Shown: positions 25,044 to 37,190 of the stretch, one piece after another
How the letters are laid out: each line of letters opens with the position of its first letter
How positions within the stretch are numbered: the first letter of the stretch is position 1
Assembly (NCBI GenBank): GCA_964016885.1
Contig: OZ024741.1
Span: 309,876,001-309,940,000, forward strand
Length of the DNA stretch: 64,000 bases
Direction: 5' to 3'
Source: Eledone cirrhosa
Taxonomy: Eukaryota
Program-made: the position numbers and the translations under genes
Notes under the pieces: generated by a model
The model's input: only the letters and a program-made list of their open reading frames with translations
The model's database searches: none
Told to the model about the DNA's origin: nothing

Positions 25044-25501
25044 GTTAGTTACAATGTTTTAATGAAATTATTGTTGCTTTGCTTGCTGTGGAAATTGTTC
25101 TTATTTTGTTATTTTGATAACAGGGCATGGCTGAGTGGTTAAGAAGTTTGCTTTACAATCACGAGGCCCTGGGTTCAACCCCAGTGACTGGCATCCTTTA
25201 ATTTATATGTGTAAATGGATGATTAGGGAGCTTATGAACATTTCTTTTCATTTTGATGAAGTTATGGCACCATATAAATGCTTTATTATTATTATTTTTA
25301 TTTATGCTGTTTACCATAACTCAGGCTACATCGAACCTTGTGAGTGAAATCAGGTAAACAGAAACTATGTGGAAGCCGGTTGGATGGTATATGTCTATTT
25401 CAAAGGTTCAGCCATGTTATCTGTTATGTTGGGCTGATTGATTATGCCTGGGGATTACATAAAGAGTACATGTGTTTATCGAATACTCAACCAAATCCAC
25501 A

Positions 25502-25711
25502 TTAACCCTTTAATGTTAAAACCAGCCAAAACCGGCCAGAATTCTCTACCTTTTTCTGTTGAAACTGGCTGTAACTGGTCACTCAAACTGATGTTAAGGT
25601 ATTGTTCTCAAAATAAATACTTTCAAAATCTCATAGATTCGATATTATGTGAGATAAAGCATTTACCATGAAAATATAATAGTATATATAATGTGAATGC
25701 TAAAGGGTTAA
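25502..25711. mobile_element. TTAA piggyBac-like MITE (empty copy); another copy at about 9090-9478
   Basis: TTAACCCTTTAAT…GCTAAAGGGTTAA; reverse complement of the 5110-5544 body. Confidence 0.8.
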
Positions 25712-26445
25712 TTTGAGTCAATCACTTGATTAGATAACTGAATGCTCATTATCAAAATCAACAGAGAACCCATCATTTTTGCCCTTACCCATACAAAGGT
25801 TTGAATTTAATATTACAAGACAATAAAACAAGTTTGTGGATGCAGTATGGCTAAGCAGTTCACTTTGCAATCATTAAGTTCTAGGTTCATGGCATACTTC
25901 AAGAAGTATTATTTACCACACCCTTGAGTCAACCCATACCTTGTGAGTAAAATTGGATAGATGGCAACTGTTTAAAAGCCTGTTGAATGCACTGTGCCTG
26001 TCATTCAAAGGGCTAGCTTTGACAAACTCTAGATCATGTTAAATCTCTGAGAATTAAATTAAGGGTACACATGTGTCTGTGGAATCTTCAGCCATGTTAA
26101 TGTTATGAGAAGGCTGTTCTGTTGGCCAAACAACTGGACCATTCATTGTCAAAACTGACAGAGGCCCATTTTAAGCTCCCACTTATAATGTACCAGCTGA
26201 ACTGTTTGGTAGAGTGTGAACTAAAGAACATATTGATCTAAGTGGAGAAATTTATATATCCTTAATCCTTTTCATATCAACCCTCCTAGAACTACACTTA
26301 TCTGTATGATACAAAACTTCTCCTTTTAAAATGTTCATACTTATATTAAGACCTTTTTTCTTAAGTAATTTTTCAAACATCAGTTTAACAATGAAAAAGT
26401 TATTTTAATAAACAGTTGATATTTTCAAAATTAATTGAAACATAT

Positions 26446-29195
26446 CATCATCATCATCATCGTTTAACGTCCATTTTCCACGCTAGCATGGGTCTGGACG
26501 GGAATTGTTCCACTTGAGGCAAGATTGGTTGTCTTGCTCAGGACTGTCTGGCGGGTTTTCTACGGCTGGATGCCCTTCCTAACACCAACCACGTTTACAG
26601 TGTGGACTGGGAGGTTTTTACCGTGTTACCTACATGGCCACATTACAGCGTGGACTGTGTGTTTTATTGTCGTGACACCTACACGTCTGGCAGGTTTTCT
26701 ACGGCTGGGTGCCCTTCCCAACACCAACCACGTTTACAGTGTGTACTGGGAGGTTTTAACCGTGTTACCTACACGGCCACATTACAGCGTGGACTGTGTG
26801 TTTTTTGTTGTGACACCTACACGTCTGGCAGGTTTTCTACGGCTGGGTGCCCTTCCCAACACCAACCACGTTTACAGTGTGTACTGGGAGGTTTTAACCG
26901 TGTTACCTACACGGCCACATTACAGCGTGGACTGTGTGTTTTTTGTCGTGACACCTACACGACCTCATTTGTTTTGGACTGGATGTTGTGGTACCAACAT
27001 AACTTCACATTTAAGGGGGTGGTGTGGATGGGGTGGGAGTAGTGGGACGGGGGTGTATTTTGTTAGAGGTGCCTACTCACTGTAGGTTTCGCTTTGTACT
27101 TAGGCAAGGCGGGTCTTCTGTATAACTGTAGCGCCAAAGATCTCGGTCCAGTGACATTGTCTTGGAGAGGTGTAAGTGTGTGAGGTCGGAATTTATCAAG
27201 TCGTCCCAGGTTTTTCTGGGTCTACCTACTCTGTGGCTACCGTCTATTTTTATCGCCCTGCACTTTTTTATACAGCTGTCGTCTTTCATGCGCATCACGT
27301 GACCGTACCAACGTAGTCTTCTCTCGAGTAAACATCATCTGATCCCTCTTATTTCTAATTTCTCCCTTAGTTCGTTAATGCTTTGCCGTTCACGTATATT
27401 ACTATTACACATCCAGCGGATCATGCAAGCTTCGTTTCTCTCCAGTCTGCGTATATCCTCTGCACACAAGGTCTCACTGCCATGTAACATTGCTGTTCGT
27501 ATGCAGGCATCATACAGCCTGCCTTTCATTTTTAGAGAGAACCCTTTAGCGGCCAATAGTGGTATAAGCTCTCTGAACTTTTTCCATCCCGTTCTGACTC
27601 TAGCTACTGTACTTTCAGAGCACCCTCCCCCACTGCTGATTTTGTCACCCAGGTAACGGAAGCTGTCCACTATTTCTATAGAACCATCTGTGCAATGGAA
27701 TGAGCTAGTATTCTGTGGGCACTTGCTGCTACTTATTGCACCAGAGCACCGGCCACATATAAAATCTATATTCTTAGTTAGCTTACCTGTGATCCCACTA
27801 CATCTTTTATGCACCCATATTTTGCATTTGGGACATAAAATGGAGTTTCTGCCTACTCCTTTCCTACACACTGAGCATGGCCATTTCCCAGATGGGACCG
27901 GTGCCCTATTTTCCTTCCTACAAACTAGAACTTTAGTCTTAGACAAGTTAACTTTAAGGCCTTTTGATTCGAGGCCATGCTTCCATGTTTGGAATGTCTT
28001 CTCTAGTTCCGCCATTGATTCGGCTATGAGCGTTAGATCATCTGCATATAGGAGTTCCCATGGGCAGCCGGTCTTGAACTCCTCTGTTATAGCCTGAAGG
28101 GCAATAATAAATAGTAGGGGGCTAAGGACGGAGCCCTGATGAACACCAACTTTTACGCTAAACTCTTAATTATATTCGTTGTTTATTCTAACCTTGCTGA
28201 CTTTTTCTTTATACATGGCTTGTATAGCTCTCACAAGCCATTCATCAACACCTAGTTTTCTAAGGGACCACCAGATAATCGAGCGGGGTACTCTGTCAAA
28301 GGCTTTCTCCAAGTCAACAAAGGCTAAGTATAGGGGTTTACTTTTAGCTAGGTACTTCTCCTGTAGTTGTCGTACAATGAAGAGAGCATCTGTTGTACTT
28401 TTACCTGACACAAACCCGAACTGCATTTCGTCTAGATCAATTCGCTCTTTGATTAGTTGCGCTATTACTTTTTCTGTGACCTTCATGACCTGGTCAATTA
28501 ATTTAATGCCTCTATAGTTTCCCCTAGGGCATCTCCTTGTAGCAGTTAATGATGATGATGCTGCGCCAGTTCTTCAGAACGACCCCATTCTGTATGACTT
28601 GGTTTACTATCCGAGTGACCATAGTGTGTCCCACCGTTCCAGATACTTTCAGCATTTCAGCATCTATTTCCAAAGGCCCGGCCGCCTTGCCCGTCTTCAT
28701 GTCTTTGATCGCCTTACTTATTATACTACCTTCAACTTCCACTGCTGGTCCCTCTGTGGGGGAGACTGTCTTTCTCCCAATTATTCTGGAGGAGGGATTT
28801 AGTGTTAACAACAGACACTCTGTCACGTCTTCTGGTAAGGATATAATCTACCTGGCTTGTGTGTTCCCCCGATCTATAGGTGATCAAGTGATTGTCTCGT
28901 TTTTTGAAGTTAGTGTTACAGATAGTTAGGTTATTTGCGTCACAGAATTCCAGGATTCTGGAGCCTTCCTCATTTCTAGTACCAAACCCATAGCCTCCAT
29001 GGATTCCGTCATAGCCGTCACAGTGTTGTCCAACATGACCATTTAGGTCGCCAGCGATAACTATGTAGTCACTGTCGGTTATTTGGGAGGTAGTGAGCAT
29101 TAACGTCTCATAGAATCTGTCTTTTATAACGCCAGGCAGTCCGGATTGTGGTGCATATGCAGATATTATTGTCACAGTAGTTCTATTGAGGACAA
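26446..29195 (-). mobile_element. RTE LINE sister copy, 5'-truncated, about 630-bp in-frame internal deletion, frameshifts and stop
   Basis: ORF fragments 28732-29175, 28166-28486, 27335-28015, 27077-27298 match the 928-aa ORF; TSD AACATAT at 26439-26445 and 29210-29216. Confidence 0.93.
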
Positions 29196-29918
29196 TAGTA
29201 GTGTATTAGAACATATAAGTAGTGTATTAGAAATGTAGTAACAAAAGGGCTAATGTTGATTTTGATGTTAGCCCTGGTTGATCAAAGTCATTCTAGCTGT
29301 AACAAATTGTTTTACTATGTATGGTTTATCTGAGGCTACTGTTTAAAATCTTCCCTTTTTAAGACAGTTGGAGGCTATCTAAATAAATCTTTGTTTAATC
29401 AAAACAAATTCTAATGAAATACACCATTGCCTATTATTTTCAAATCATTAAAAAAAATTGTACAGATTTAGTCATATAATTAATTTTCTCGTTATTAAGC
29501 TGGTGTTTTAAACATAACTTAGCAAATGTTCTTGCATTAAATTGTAATGGAAAATTTTAGATAAATATAAACACTTTAAACAAACAGTCTTGTATTGTAA
29601 AACCATGGCTGGTTTCAGGCATTTTGGTATCAAAAGTGTTAATATTTGTTTCAAATCATCTTTTGTAACCCTCTAAGCCCTGATGTATATTTTGATGTTT
29701 TAATTTGTTGTGAGATATCTCAATTCAGGCTCTGAGATACTTGAACTTCTCCACTTCTTCAGTGGGCCTCCACTCACATGTAGAGTGCACTGCATAGGCT
29801 TCCTTGAGAGGACAAGTGTCTCAGTTTTGGCAGCACTTGGTATCAAACCTATCAAGTGCATGTTGGAGATCATCTTCTACCACAGTGATTTTAATAATTT
29901 AATTCTCTCTACTTATAG

Positions 29919-29999
29919 CGATTAGCAGATGCAACACTTTTGGTTTTTGCAAATAAACAAGACTTACCAGGTGCTCTTAAAGCCGAAGAAATCAAAGAG
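29919..29999 (+). CDS. ARL2: ARL2 exon 4 (NKQD)
   Basis: TATAG|RLADATLLVFANKQDLPGALKAEEIKE|GTAATT, 81 nt. Confidence 0.96.
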
Positions 30000-30712
30000 G
30001 TAATTTAACTATATTTTTTTACTGTTTCATCAGAGACAGAAAGACAATGGCCCTTTGCCTTTTTAGGGCCTCTTAGACAGGTGGGTAGTCAGGAGGTATC
30101 CTTAAACTGAAGACCTGGCCCAGCTGTTTGCAACAAAATGGACTCTGCTAAAGGCACCCAAGGGCTAGGTGTAGTTTTAAACTGAGTAACAGATCAAGTC
30201 TACCACCAATACAAGCCACAGTGGGATTTGAACACAGACCACAAAAAGCTAGAACAAATATTACAAGGCATGTCATCTAACAATTCTGTCAGTCCATTGC
30301 CCTGGACTAACACTTTATTTTATCAACAGGATGAAAGTCAAATTTAACTTCAGCAAGATTTGTATGCAGAGAGTCAAAGGCTCTGGTAATTTGCCACCTA
30401 CATCAGTTGTTCCATACTATCATGAATGTGATGTGATTTTGTTTTTCATCATCATCGCCATTTAATGTCCATTTTCCTTGCTAACAAGAGTTGGATGTTT
30501 TGTCACAGATTGACCATTTGTCAATCACACTGTTTGATTGAACTAATGTCTTGTACTGGTGCCATGACAAAAAGCACCTAGTCCACCCAGTAAAGTGGTA
30601 GTGCTGGTGCTACAAAAAAAGCTCCCAGTACTTGCTGTAAAGTGGTGCTATGAAAAAGCACCCAGTGCATGCAGTGATGTAGCTGGTGTTAGGAAGGGCA
30701 TCTAGTTGTGTG

Positions 30713-31338
30713 GGTCCCCTATACTGTAATATATTGGTTCCCTATACTGTAATGTGTTGGTCTCCTATACTGTAATATGTTGGTCCCCTATACTGTAATA
30801 TGTTGGTCCCCTATACTGTAATATGTTGGTCCCCTATACTGTAATATGTTGGTCCCCTATACTGTAATATATTGGTCCCCTATACTGTAATATATTGGTC
30901 CCCTATACTGTAATGTATTGGTACCCTATAATGTAATATATTGGTCCCCTATAATGTAATATGTCAGTCCCTTATATTGTAATATGTCAGTCCCCTATAT
31001 TGTAATATGTCAGTCCCCTATATTGTAATATGTTGGTCCCCTATACTGTAATATGTTGGTCCCCTATACTGTAATGTATTGGTCCCCTATACTGTAATAT
31101 GTCAGTCCCCTATAATGTATTATGTCAGTCCCCTATAATGTAATGTCAGTCCCCTATATTGTAATATGTTGGTCCCTATATTGTAATATGTTGGTCCCCT
31201 ATATTGTAATATGTTGGTCCCCTATATTTTAATATGTTGGTCCCCTATAATGTAATGTCGGTCCCCTATATTGTAATATGTTGGTCCCCTATATTGTCAT
31301 ATGTCAGTCCCCTATATTGTAATGTCTTGGTCCCCTAT
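30713..31338 (+). repeat. 23-bp minisatellite, about 27 units, in ARL2 intron 4
   Basis: Unit ggtcccctatactgtaatatgtt (e.g. 30782, 30805, 30828). Confidence 0.97.
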
Positions 31339-31377
31339 TCACAACCCTTCAATACTTCATTGTTGCTTTCATTATAG

Positions 31378-31512
31378 ATTTTACAACTAGACACCATAAA
31401 ATCTCACCATTGGTTAATCCTTGACTGTAGTGCCCTCACAGGAGAGAATCTATTACAAGGAATGGATTGGTTAATTGCCGATATCGCAAGTCGAATATTT
31501 ACCATGGACTAA
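31378..31512 (+). CDS. ARL2: ARL2 exon 5 (to stop)
   Basis: TATAG|[44 protein letters not shown], 135 nt; joined CDS is 555 nt = 184 aa, the usual ARL2 length. Confidence 0.96.
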   Translation: MLQLDTIKSHHWLILDCSALTGENLLQGMDWLIADIASRIFTMD

Positions 31513-31647
31513 ATTACTACAGTTTACCATTTTTTTTCATACACTGGCTATAAATTGAAATATTTCGAAAAATGTTGTAAATATTGTTGTTGTTTTTTAT
31601 TCATACTATTAATGCACAGAGGTAACTAGATGTAAGAGTGCCAGTGA

Positions 31648-31653
31648 AATAAA
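31648..31653 (+). terminator. Candidate ARL2 polyadenylation signal
   Basis: AATAAA about 135 nt after the stop codon. Confidence 0.45.
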
Positions 31654-31929
31654 CTTTTTCCCATCCAAGAAAGGCCCCATAGAAATAATTGATAGCTTCT
31701 ATTATCTAAGAGATTAAATTAGGAATGAAGAGAATACTTTAAGTCCATAGTAACTAGAATAAAAACTGTCCTGTTTGCTTACTTGTTAATGTTTGTCCAT
31801 TGAATTCAATAATGGCCATCTACTCTGTTATTTATGGATCCCTCAATGACTGTTCATCTCAATCCTTGAAATGCAGCTTTGGTTACACATTTTGTTTGTG
31901 TACACATGCATGTGCATGTGTAAATACAT

Positions 31930-33320
31930 AAGTAACAAAATTTTAGCACAACTGATCAGCAATAAAATCAAATTAGATGAGATGCAGTTTGGATTTGGGC
32001 CAGGAAAAAGTCCCACCAATGTTCTCTTAGTGAGAACACAGAAAAGAGATACAAGAAAAGTTCCTATCTTAGTTTTAGCCACTAGCTTTAGCTGTCAGTG
32101 GTATGGAGAATGCTTTTGACAGTGTACCAGGATCAGTAATTTGGAAAAATGAATGGTTTGTGAGAGCAGTATAAGTCATGTACAAAGGTACTGTCAGTAT
32201 AGTGAGACCAGGCAATGAGTTTAGTAATTCATTGTTTCATTAGGTATTTGTCAATGCTTGGTTCTTAGTTCACTCCTGTTTATTTTAGTTATCTAGGCCA
32301 TAAAAGGAGAATTCAAGACTGATGACCTAATACTTGTAGCAAATATAAAGAAAATAATTTCAGGTGTAGAAACCCAATCTAGAATTAAAATGACCCTGAA
32401 TATACATAGCAAAGACTAAAGTCCTAGTAAGTAGGAAAAAAGACAGGATTATGTTGCTATTTGGGAAACAACAGAGCTCAATTTGGAGAAAAGTAGTTAG
32501 ACACTCAATACAGTAAGTACAGTGTAAACCTTGGATGCACAAGAAATATGGTGGGATTGCAAGCAAGCTAACACAAAAGAGATTTTGTGTGGCAGATGCA
32601 CAGAAGTAGGTAGTAGTAAGAGCACCAATGAAATAAACTTTCTAATCCAAGTAGGGCTCCATAGAAGTAATTGATAGCTTCTGTTATCTAAGTGATTGAA
32701 TTAGCAATGGAGGCGGATGCTCTGAAAGTATAGTAGCCAGAATAAAAACAGGACGGACAAAGTTTAGGAAGCTACTGGCAACAAAGGGATTCTCTCTCCA
32801 AATGCATACATACACACACACACACACACACATATATATATCATCATCATCATCATCATTTAACGTCTATCTTCCACCCTAGCATAGGTTAGATAGGTTT
32901 GTCCCATTTGAGACAAGTTTGATCGGGTGACCATGTCTCGCTTGTATAGGACTTTCTGGCTGGTTTTCTACAGCTGGATGCCCTTCCTAACACCAACCAC
33001 ATTTACAGTGTGGAGTGGGTGCTTTTTGTCGTGACACCTACACAACCACTACATTGTGGTACCAATATAACTTTACAGAATAAGGGTGGTGTAGGGTGTA
33101 TATTGGATTAAGAGGTACCTACTGAGTGTAAGTTTAAGTCAGTGTGCAGGGGAAGGTGGGTCTTTTGTATTACTGCATAGCGCCAAAGATCTCAATCCTG
33201 TGTCATTGTGTTAGAGAGGTTCAAGTGTGCAAGGTCAGCTTTTATCATCTCATCCCAGGTCTTTCTGGGTCTACCTACTTCGTAGCTTCCATCAATTTTG
33301 ATCGCCCTGCACTTTATATA
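31930..33320. mobile_element. Degraded RTE fragments (plus 31930-32800; minus 3' end 32840-33320)
   Basis: IKLDEMQFGFGPGKSPT, IEVIDSFCYL, CSESIVARIKTG; then catcatcatttaacgtc 3' terminus and GRPRKTW remnant. Confidence 0.8.
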
Positions 33321-34924
33321 TATTTATGTGCGTGTGTGAATACACACATAATACATGCATAATTAGGAATACAATGATGCTGTTGCCAGTACCAGTGAAA
33401 GGAGGAGAAACAAGGAAAATTATGCACCTTTCATTTCTATAGCATATATATATGCTGTTCTCTCTTTTTTTTTTTTTTTGCAAATTATTATTGGAAGTAT
33501 TGGTAGAGCGTCGGATATGCTTTGTGGCATATAGTTACATCCCTTTACATTCTGAGTTCAAATCCCACTGAATGAAGTTAGCTTTGCCTTTCATTCTTGC
33601 GGTGTTAATAAAATAAAATACCAGTAACACACTGGGGTCAATTTAATTGACTTTCCCCTTCCGCCAAATTTCTTGTCGTGTGCCAAAAGTAGAAACAATT
33701 ATCATTATTATTATTCTTTAGAAACCATTATTCTTTGGTTCTGAATTTAACATATTTATTTAACTTCGCTGCAACGAAGGTCCCAATTTTTCAGCAATTT
33801 AAGTCCTTTTGAAGATCTGAAAAGACCCAAGTCTTTTTCTTCTTTTACATAGAAAGCTCATCCTTACGAGGGTGAGTTTTTTTCTTCCATTTCTGCACCT
33901 ACAGAACAAAAACACAATCTTTTCCAACACTTCTTTTTTCTCTATCGTTGATGATGTGCAAAAAAATACCCAGGAAACCACCGCCACCACAAACCAGCTG
34001 GGAAGGGAGCAATAATAACATTATCAGTAAATTAACCATAGTGAGAACAACACGGAAATTTATTTGTTAAATTGCCAGTCTTATGCAACAGCTACCCAGT
34101 CAGCTAACTAGCCAGCCAACCAACCAAACTCCAAGCTTTTTAGCTAGCAACCTACCCAATAGCCTGGAGAGAGAACACTGATAAATACCTGGCAAAAGAA
34201 GCCAGATTCTTAGTTTTTTTAAATGGGCATAGAGTTGCCTTTCAGACCCCACCAGAAGTAATTGAGGAAAGACATCAGTCATGTATAGGACAATAAGCAA
34301 ACAGTCACAGAAAGTTGAATACACCACTGAATCAAATATCCAAAAGGCTTCTTGATGCATGTGAGGGATTTACCACCGTAGAAGAGGCAAAATTACACTC
34401 CCTCACAACTTTGAGGAATGAGAAGGTAATCCTTGTGACATCCTACTATGCACAAAAACCCACTACTGCCAATGCCTGAACCATGTAAGGTGGACCTGTT
34501 CTGAGTATGTGCTTGTAAATTGGAGGAAGACAAACTAGGAGAGGGCATGTTCTCTGCTGATCTAGTTGATAGTGGCATTTTGTGGGCTTTCTCCACAAAT
34601 AATTGTTTCTACTTTTGGCACAAGGCCAGCAATTATCCAGTCCATTACTGGTACTTTATTTTATTGACCCCGTAAGGATGAAAGTCAAAGTTATGCTCAG
34701 AAGTTTCTTTTGTTTGAATTTTTACATCTTTGTTGTTTATATGAAAATACCAAACTCCATTGTCCTGTGCCAACCTTAATGTTTCTTCATGGTAGCACTC
34801 TGAACCTAATAGAAAAATTATTATTGTTAATATTATTATTATTACTATCATCAATGAAGGTGGTTAATTCTTTCACTGACCCCCAACATATTGGGTGTGC
34901 TTGTGGACAATAAAAGAAACCTAA

Positions 34925-35700
34925 GTACCAGTAATGCACTGGGATAATTGCTGGCCTTGTGCCAAAAGTAGAAACAATTATTATTATTATGAGGAAAATC
35001 CCGCCGAGGTTGACTTTACCTTTCATCCTTACGGGGTCGATAAAATAAAGTACCAGTAATGCACTGGGTAATTGCTGGCCTTGTGCCAAAAGTAGAAACA
35101 ATTATTATTATTATGAGGAAAATCCCGCCGAGGTTGACTTTGCCTTTCATCCTTACGGGGTCGATAAAATAAAGTACCAGTAACGCACTGGGTAATTGCT
35201 GGCCTTGTGCCAAAAAGTAGAAAATTATTATGAGGAAGGTGGATTGGCAGTGTCAGTAGAGAATAGGGCACCATGCTTTGCGGCATAGAGTTATAGTCCT
35301 TTACATTCTGAGTTCAAATCCCACTGAGGTTAGCTTTGCCTTTCATCCTTACGGGCTCGATAAAATAAAGCACCAGTAAGTACTGGGGTTAATTTAATCG
35401 ACTTTCCCCTCCCCTTCAAATTGCTGGCTTTGTCCCTAAAGTAGAAATAATAATTATTATTATGTTAATGGTGGTGGGTTGACCATATCAGTAGATTGGT
35501 GGCCATGTGCCTAAATTAGAAATCATTTGGCAGTACGTTCTGAGTTCAAATCCTGCCATGGTTAGCTTTGCCTTTCATCCTTACGGGATCAATAAATAAA
35601 GCATACACTGTGGTCGATTTAATCGACTTTCCCTTCCCCTCAAAAGTGTTGGCCTTGTGCCTAAATCAGAAATCATGATTATTATGTTAGAAATCAATAT
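34925..35700 (+). mobile_element. Cluster of tRNA-derived SINEs, including tandem partial units of about 124 bp
   Basis: B-box GAGTTCAAATCC and core ctttgcctttcatccttacggggtcgataaaataaagtaccag; repeat starts at 34925, 35050, 35174. Same family at about 1085-1270, 24590-24850, 33490-33705, 38590-38930, 42160-42440. Confidence 0.88.
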
Positions 35701-36182
35701 CATTAGAATTCCTATTACTGTCTATGTCTATGTATGTATCTCTGAATATGTGTGTGTATATATTTATATATATTTACATGGCCATGATGTTTCAGCAAAA
35801 CATACTTGCAAAGCTTTTTTTCTGATGAAACTTAGCAAGTACAATTTTTGCTGAAACACTGTAGCTATGCTGTAAATATATGAATATACAATACACTGTT
35901 TTAAGATTGTGTTATTTTTCACTCATGATCAATTACAACCCAATATATATATTAGTTCATCTTTGTAAAAACACCCAACATCACCATCAGGTTTTATTTA
36001 CCTTCCGAGGAGCTGTGAGGACTGCACATTTTTTCAAGCACAGTAATTGAGTGGAGTGTTAATCCATTCTAGACTGTTGCAGGTTGTTACACAATAACAG
36101 CGTAATATGTATAAAAGATTAAATTAAATAAAACAACAAATCTATAGCCTCTGTGTTAATTCTGTCATCATTAGCTCATTAT

Positions 36183-36441
36183 CACCTTGATCACCTTGAC
36201 CGATCAGTCTGTCGGGCGCCAATCTACACTGCTGGTCACAGCACATCATGCTGTTTTAGCCATAAGATAACGCCATCCCACTGGCTGGGCGGGCAGGCCG
36301 GTACTCATTTCTACAGCTGAGTAAACTGGAGCAACATGAAATAAAGTGTCTTGCTCAAGGAAACAACACATCACCCAGTCTGAGAATTGAACCTTTCGAT
36401 TGCAAGCCCAATGCTCTAACCACTAAGCCATGCACCTTCAC
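36183..36441 (-). mobile_element. CORE-type tRNA SINE with 11-bp TSD; relatives at about 51180-51305, 56560-56875, 58730-58950, 60430-60620
   Basis: TSD TAGCTCATTAT at 36172-36182 and 36442-36452; core ggtactcatttctacagctgagtaaactggagcaac…aagtgtcttgctcaagg. Confidence 0.8.
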
Positions 36442-36719
36442 TAGCTCATTATATAGGTATTTATATACAGCAACAGACAATGAGTGGAACCTTAGGTTTC
36501 ATACTAACATGGGTGAGTTTTTAAACACTATCTTTGCTGGTAATCGATGCCGCCATATTGTTAAATATATTATTATTATTATAAATAATATTCTACAACA
36601 GAGTTGCAAACCCTACTCTAGTAGACAGAGACGCCATAGCTTTGCTAGTGTTGCTTATCTTTCAGGCAATACCAAGACAGCCAACGTTATTTCATACACG
36701 AGATTCAAGTGTAAGGGAG

Positions 36720-37190
36720 GTAATAATAATTGTTTCTACTTTTGGCACAAGGCCAGCAATTACTGGTGCTTTATTTTATCGACCCCGTAAGGATAAAGGG
36801 CAAAGTTAACCTCGTCGGGATTTGAACTCAGAATGGCAAGGGCCGTAACTCTATGCGTCAAAGCATGGCGTCCGATCCTCTAACGATACTGCCAATCCAC
36901 CGGTAATACGAATTGTTTCTACTTTAGGCACAAGGCCAGCAAATATCCAGTTCATTACTGGTACTTTATTTTATCGACCCCGTAAGGATGAAAGGCAAAG
37001 TCAACCTCGGCGGGATTTGAATTCAGATCGTAAAGGGATGTAACTATGCTGGAAAGCATGGCGTCCGACCCTCTACCGATACTGTCAATTCACCGCCGGT
37101 AATAATAGTTTCTACTTTTGGCACAAGGCCAGCAATTAGCCAGTGTATTACTAGTACTTTATTTTATCGACCCCGCCGGTAATAATAATG
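36720..37190 (-). mobile_element. Tandem minus-strand copies of the same SINE family
   Basis: Two full and one partial reverse-complement units (ggatttgaactcagaa, ttttatcgaccccgtaagg). Confidence 0.88.

Noticed and set aside
26525-27085. 186-aa ORF with a 46-aa internal repeat (similar ORFs at 19441-20042)
   Set aside because: Produced by tandem 3' UTR repeats of the LINE read antisense.
30713-31338. Regular short repeats resembling a CRISPR array (also 4075-4420)
   Set aside because: Head-to-tail units without unique spacers, eukaryotic context, no cas genes.
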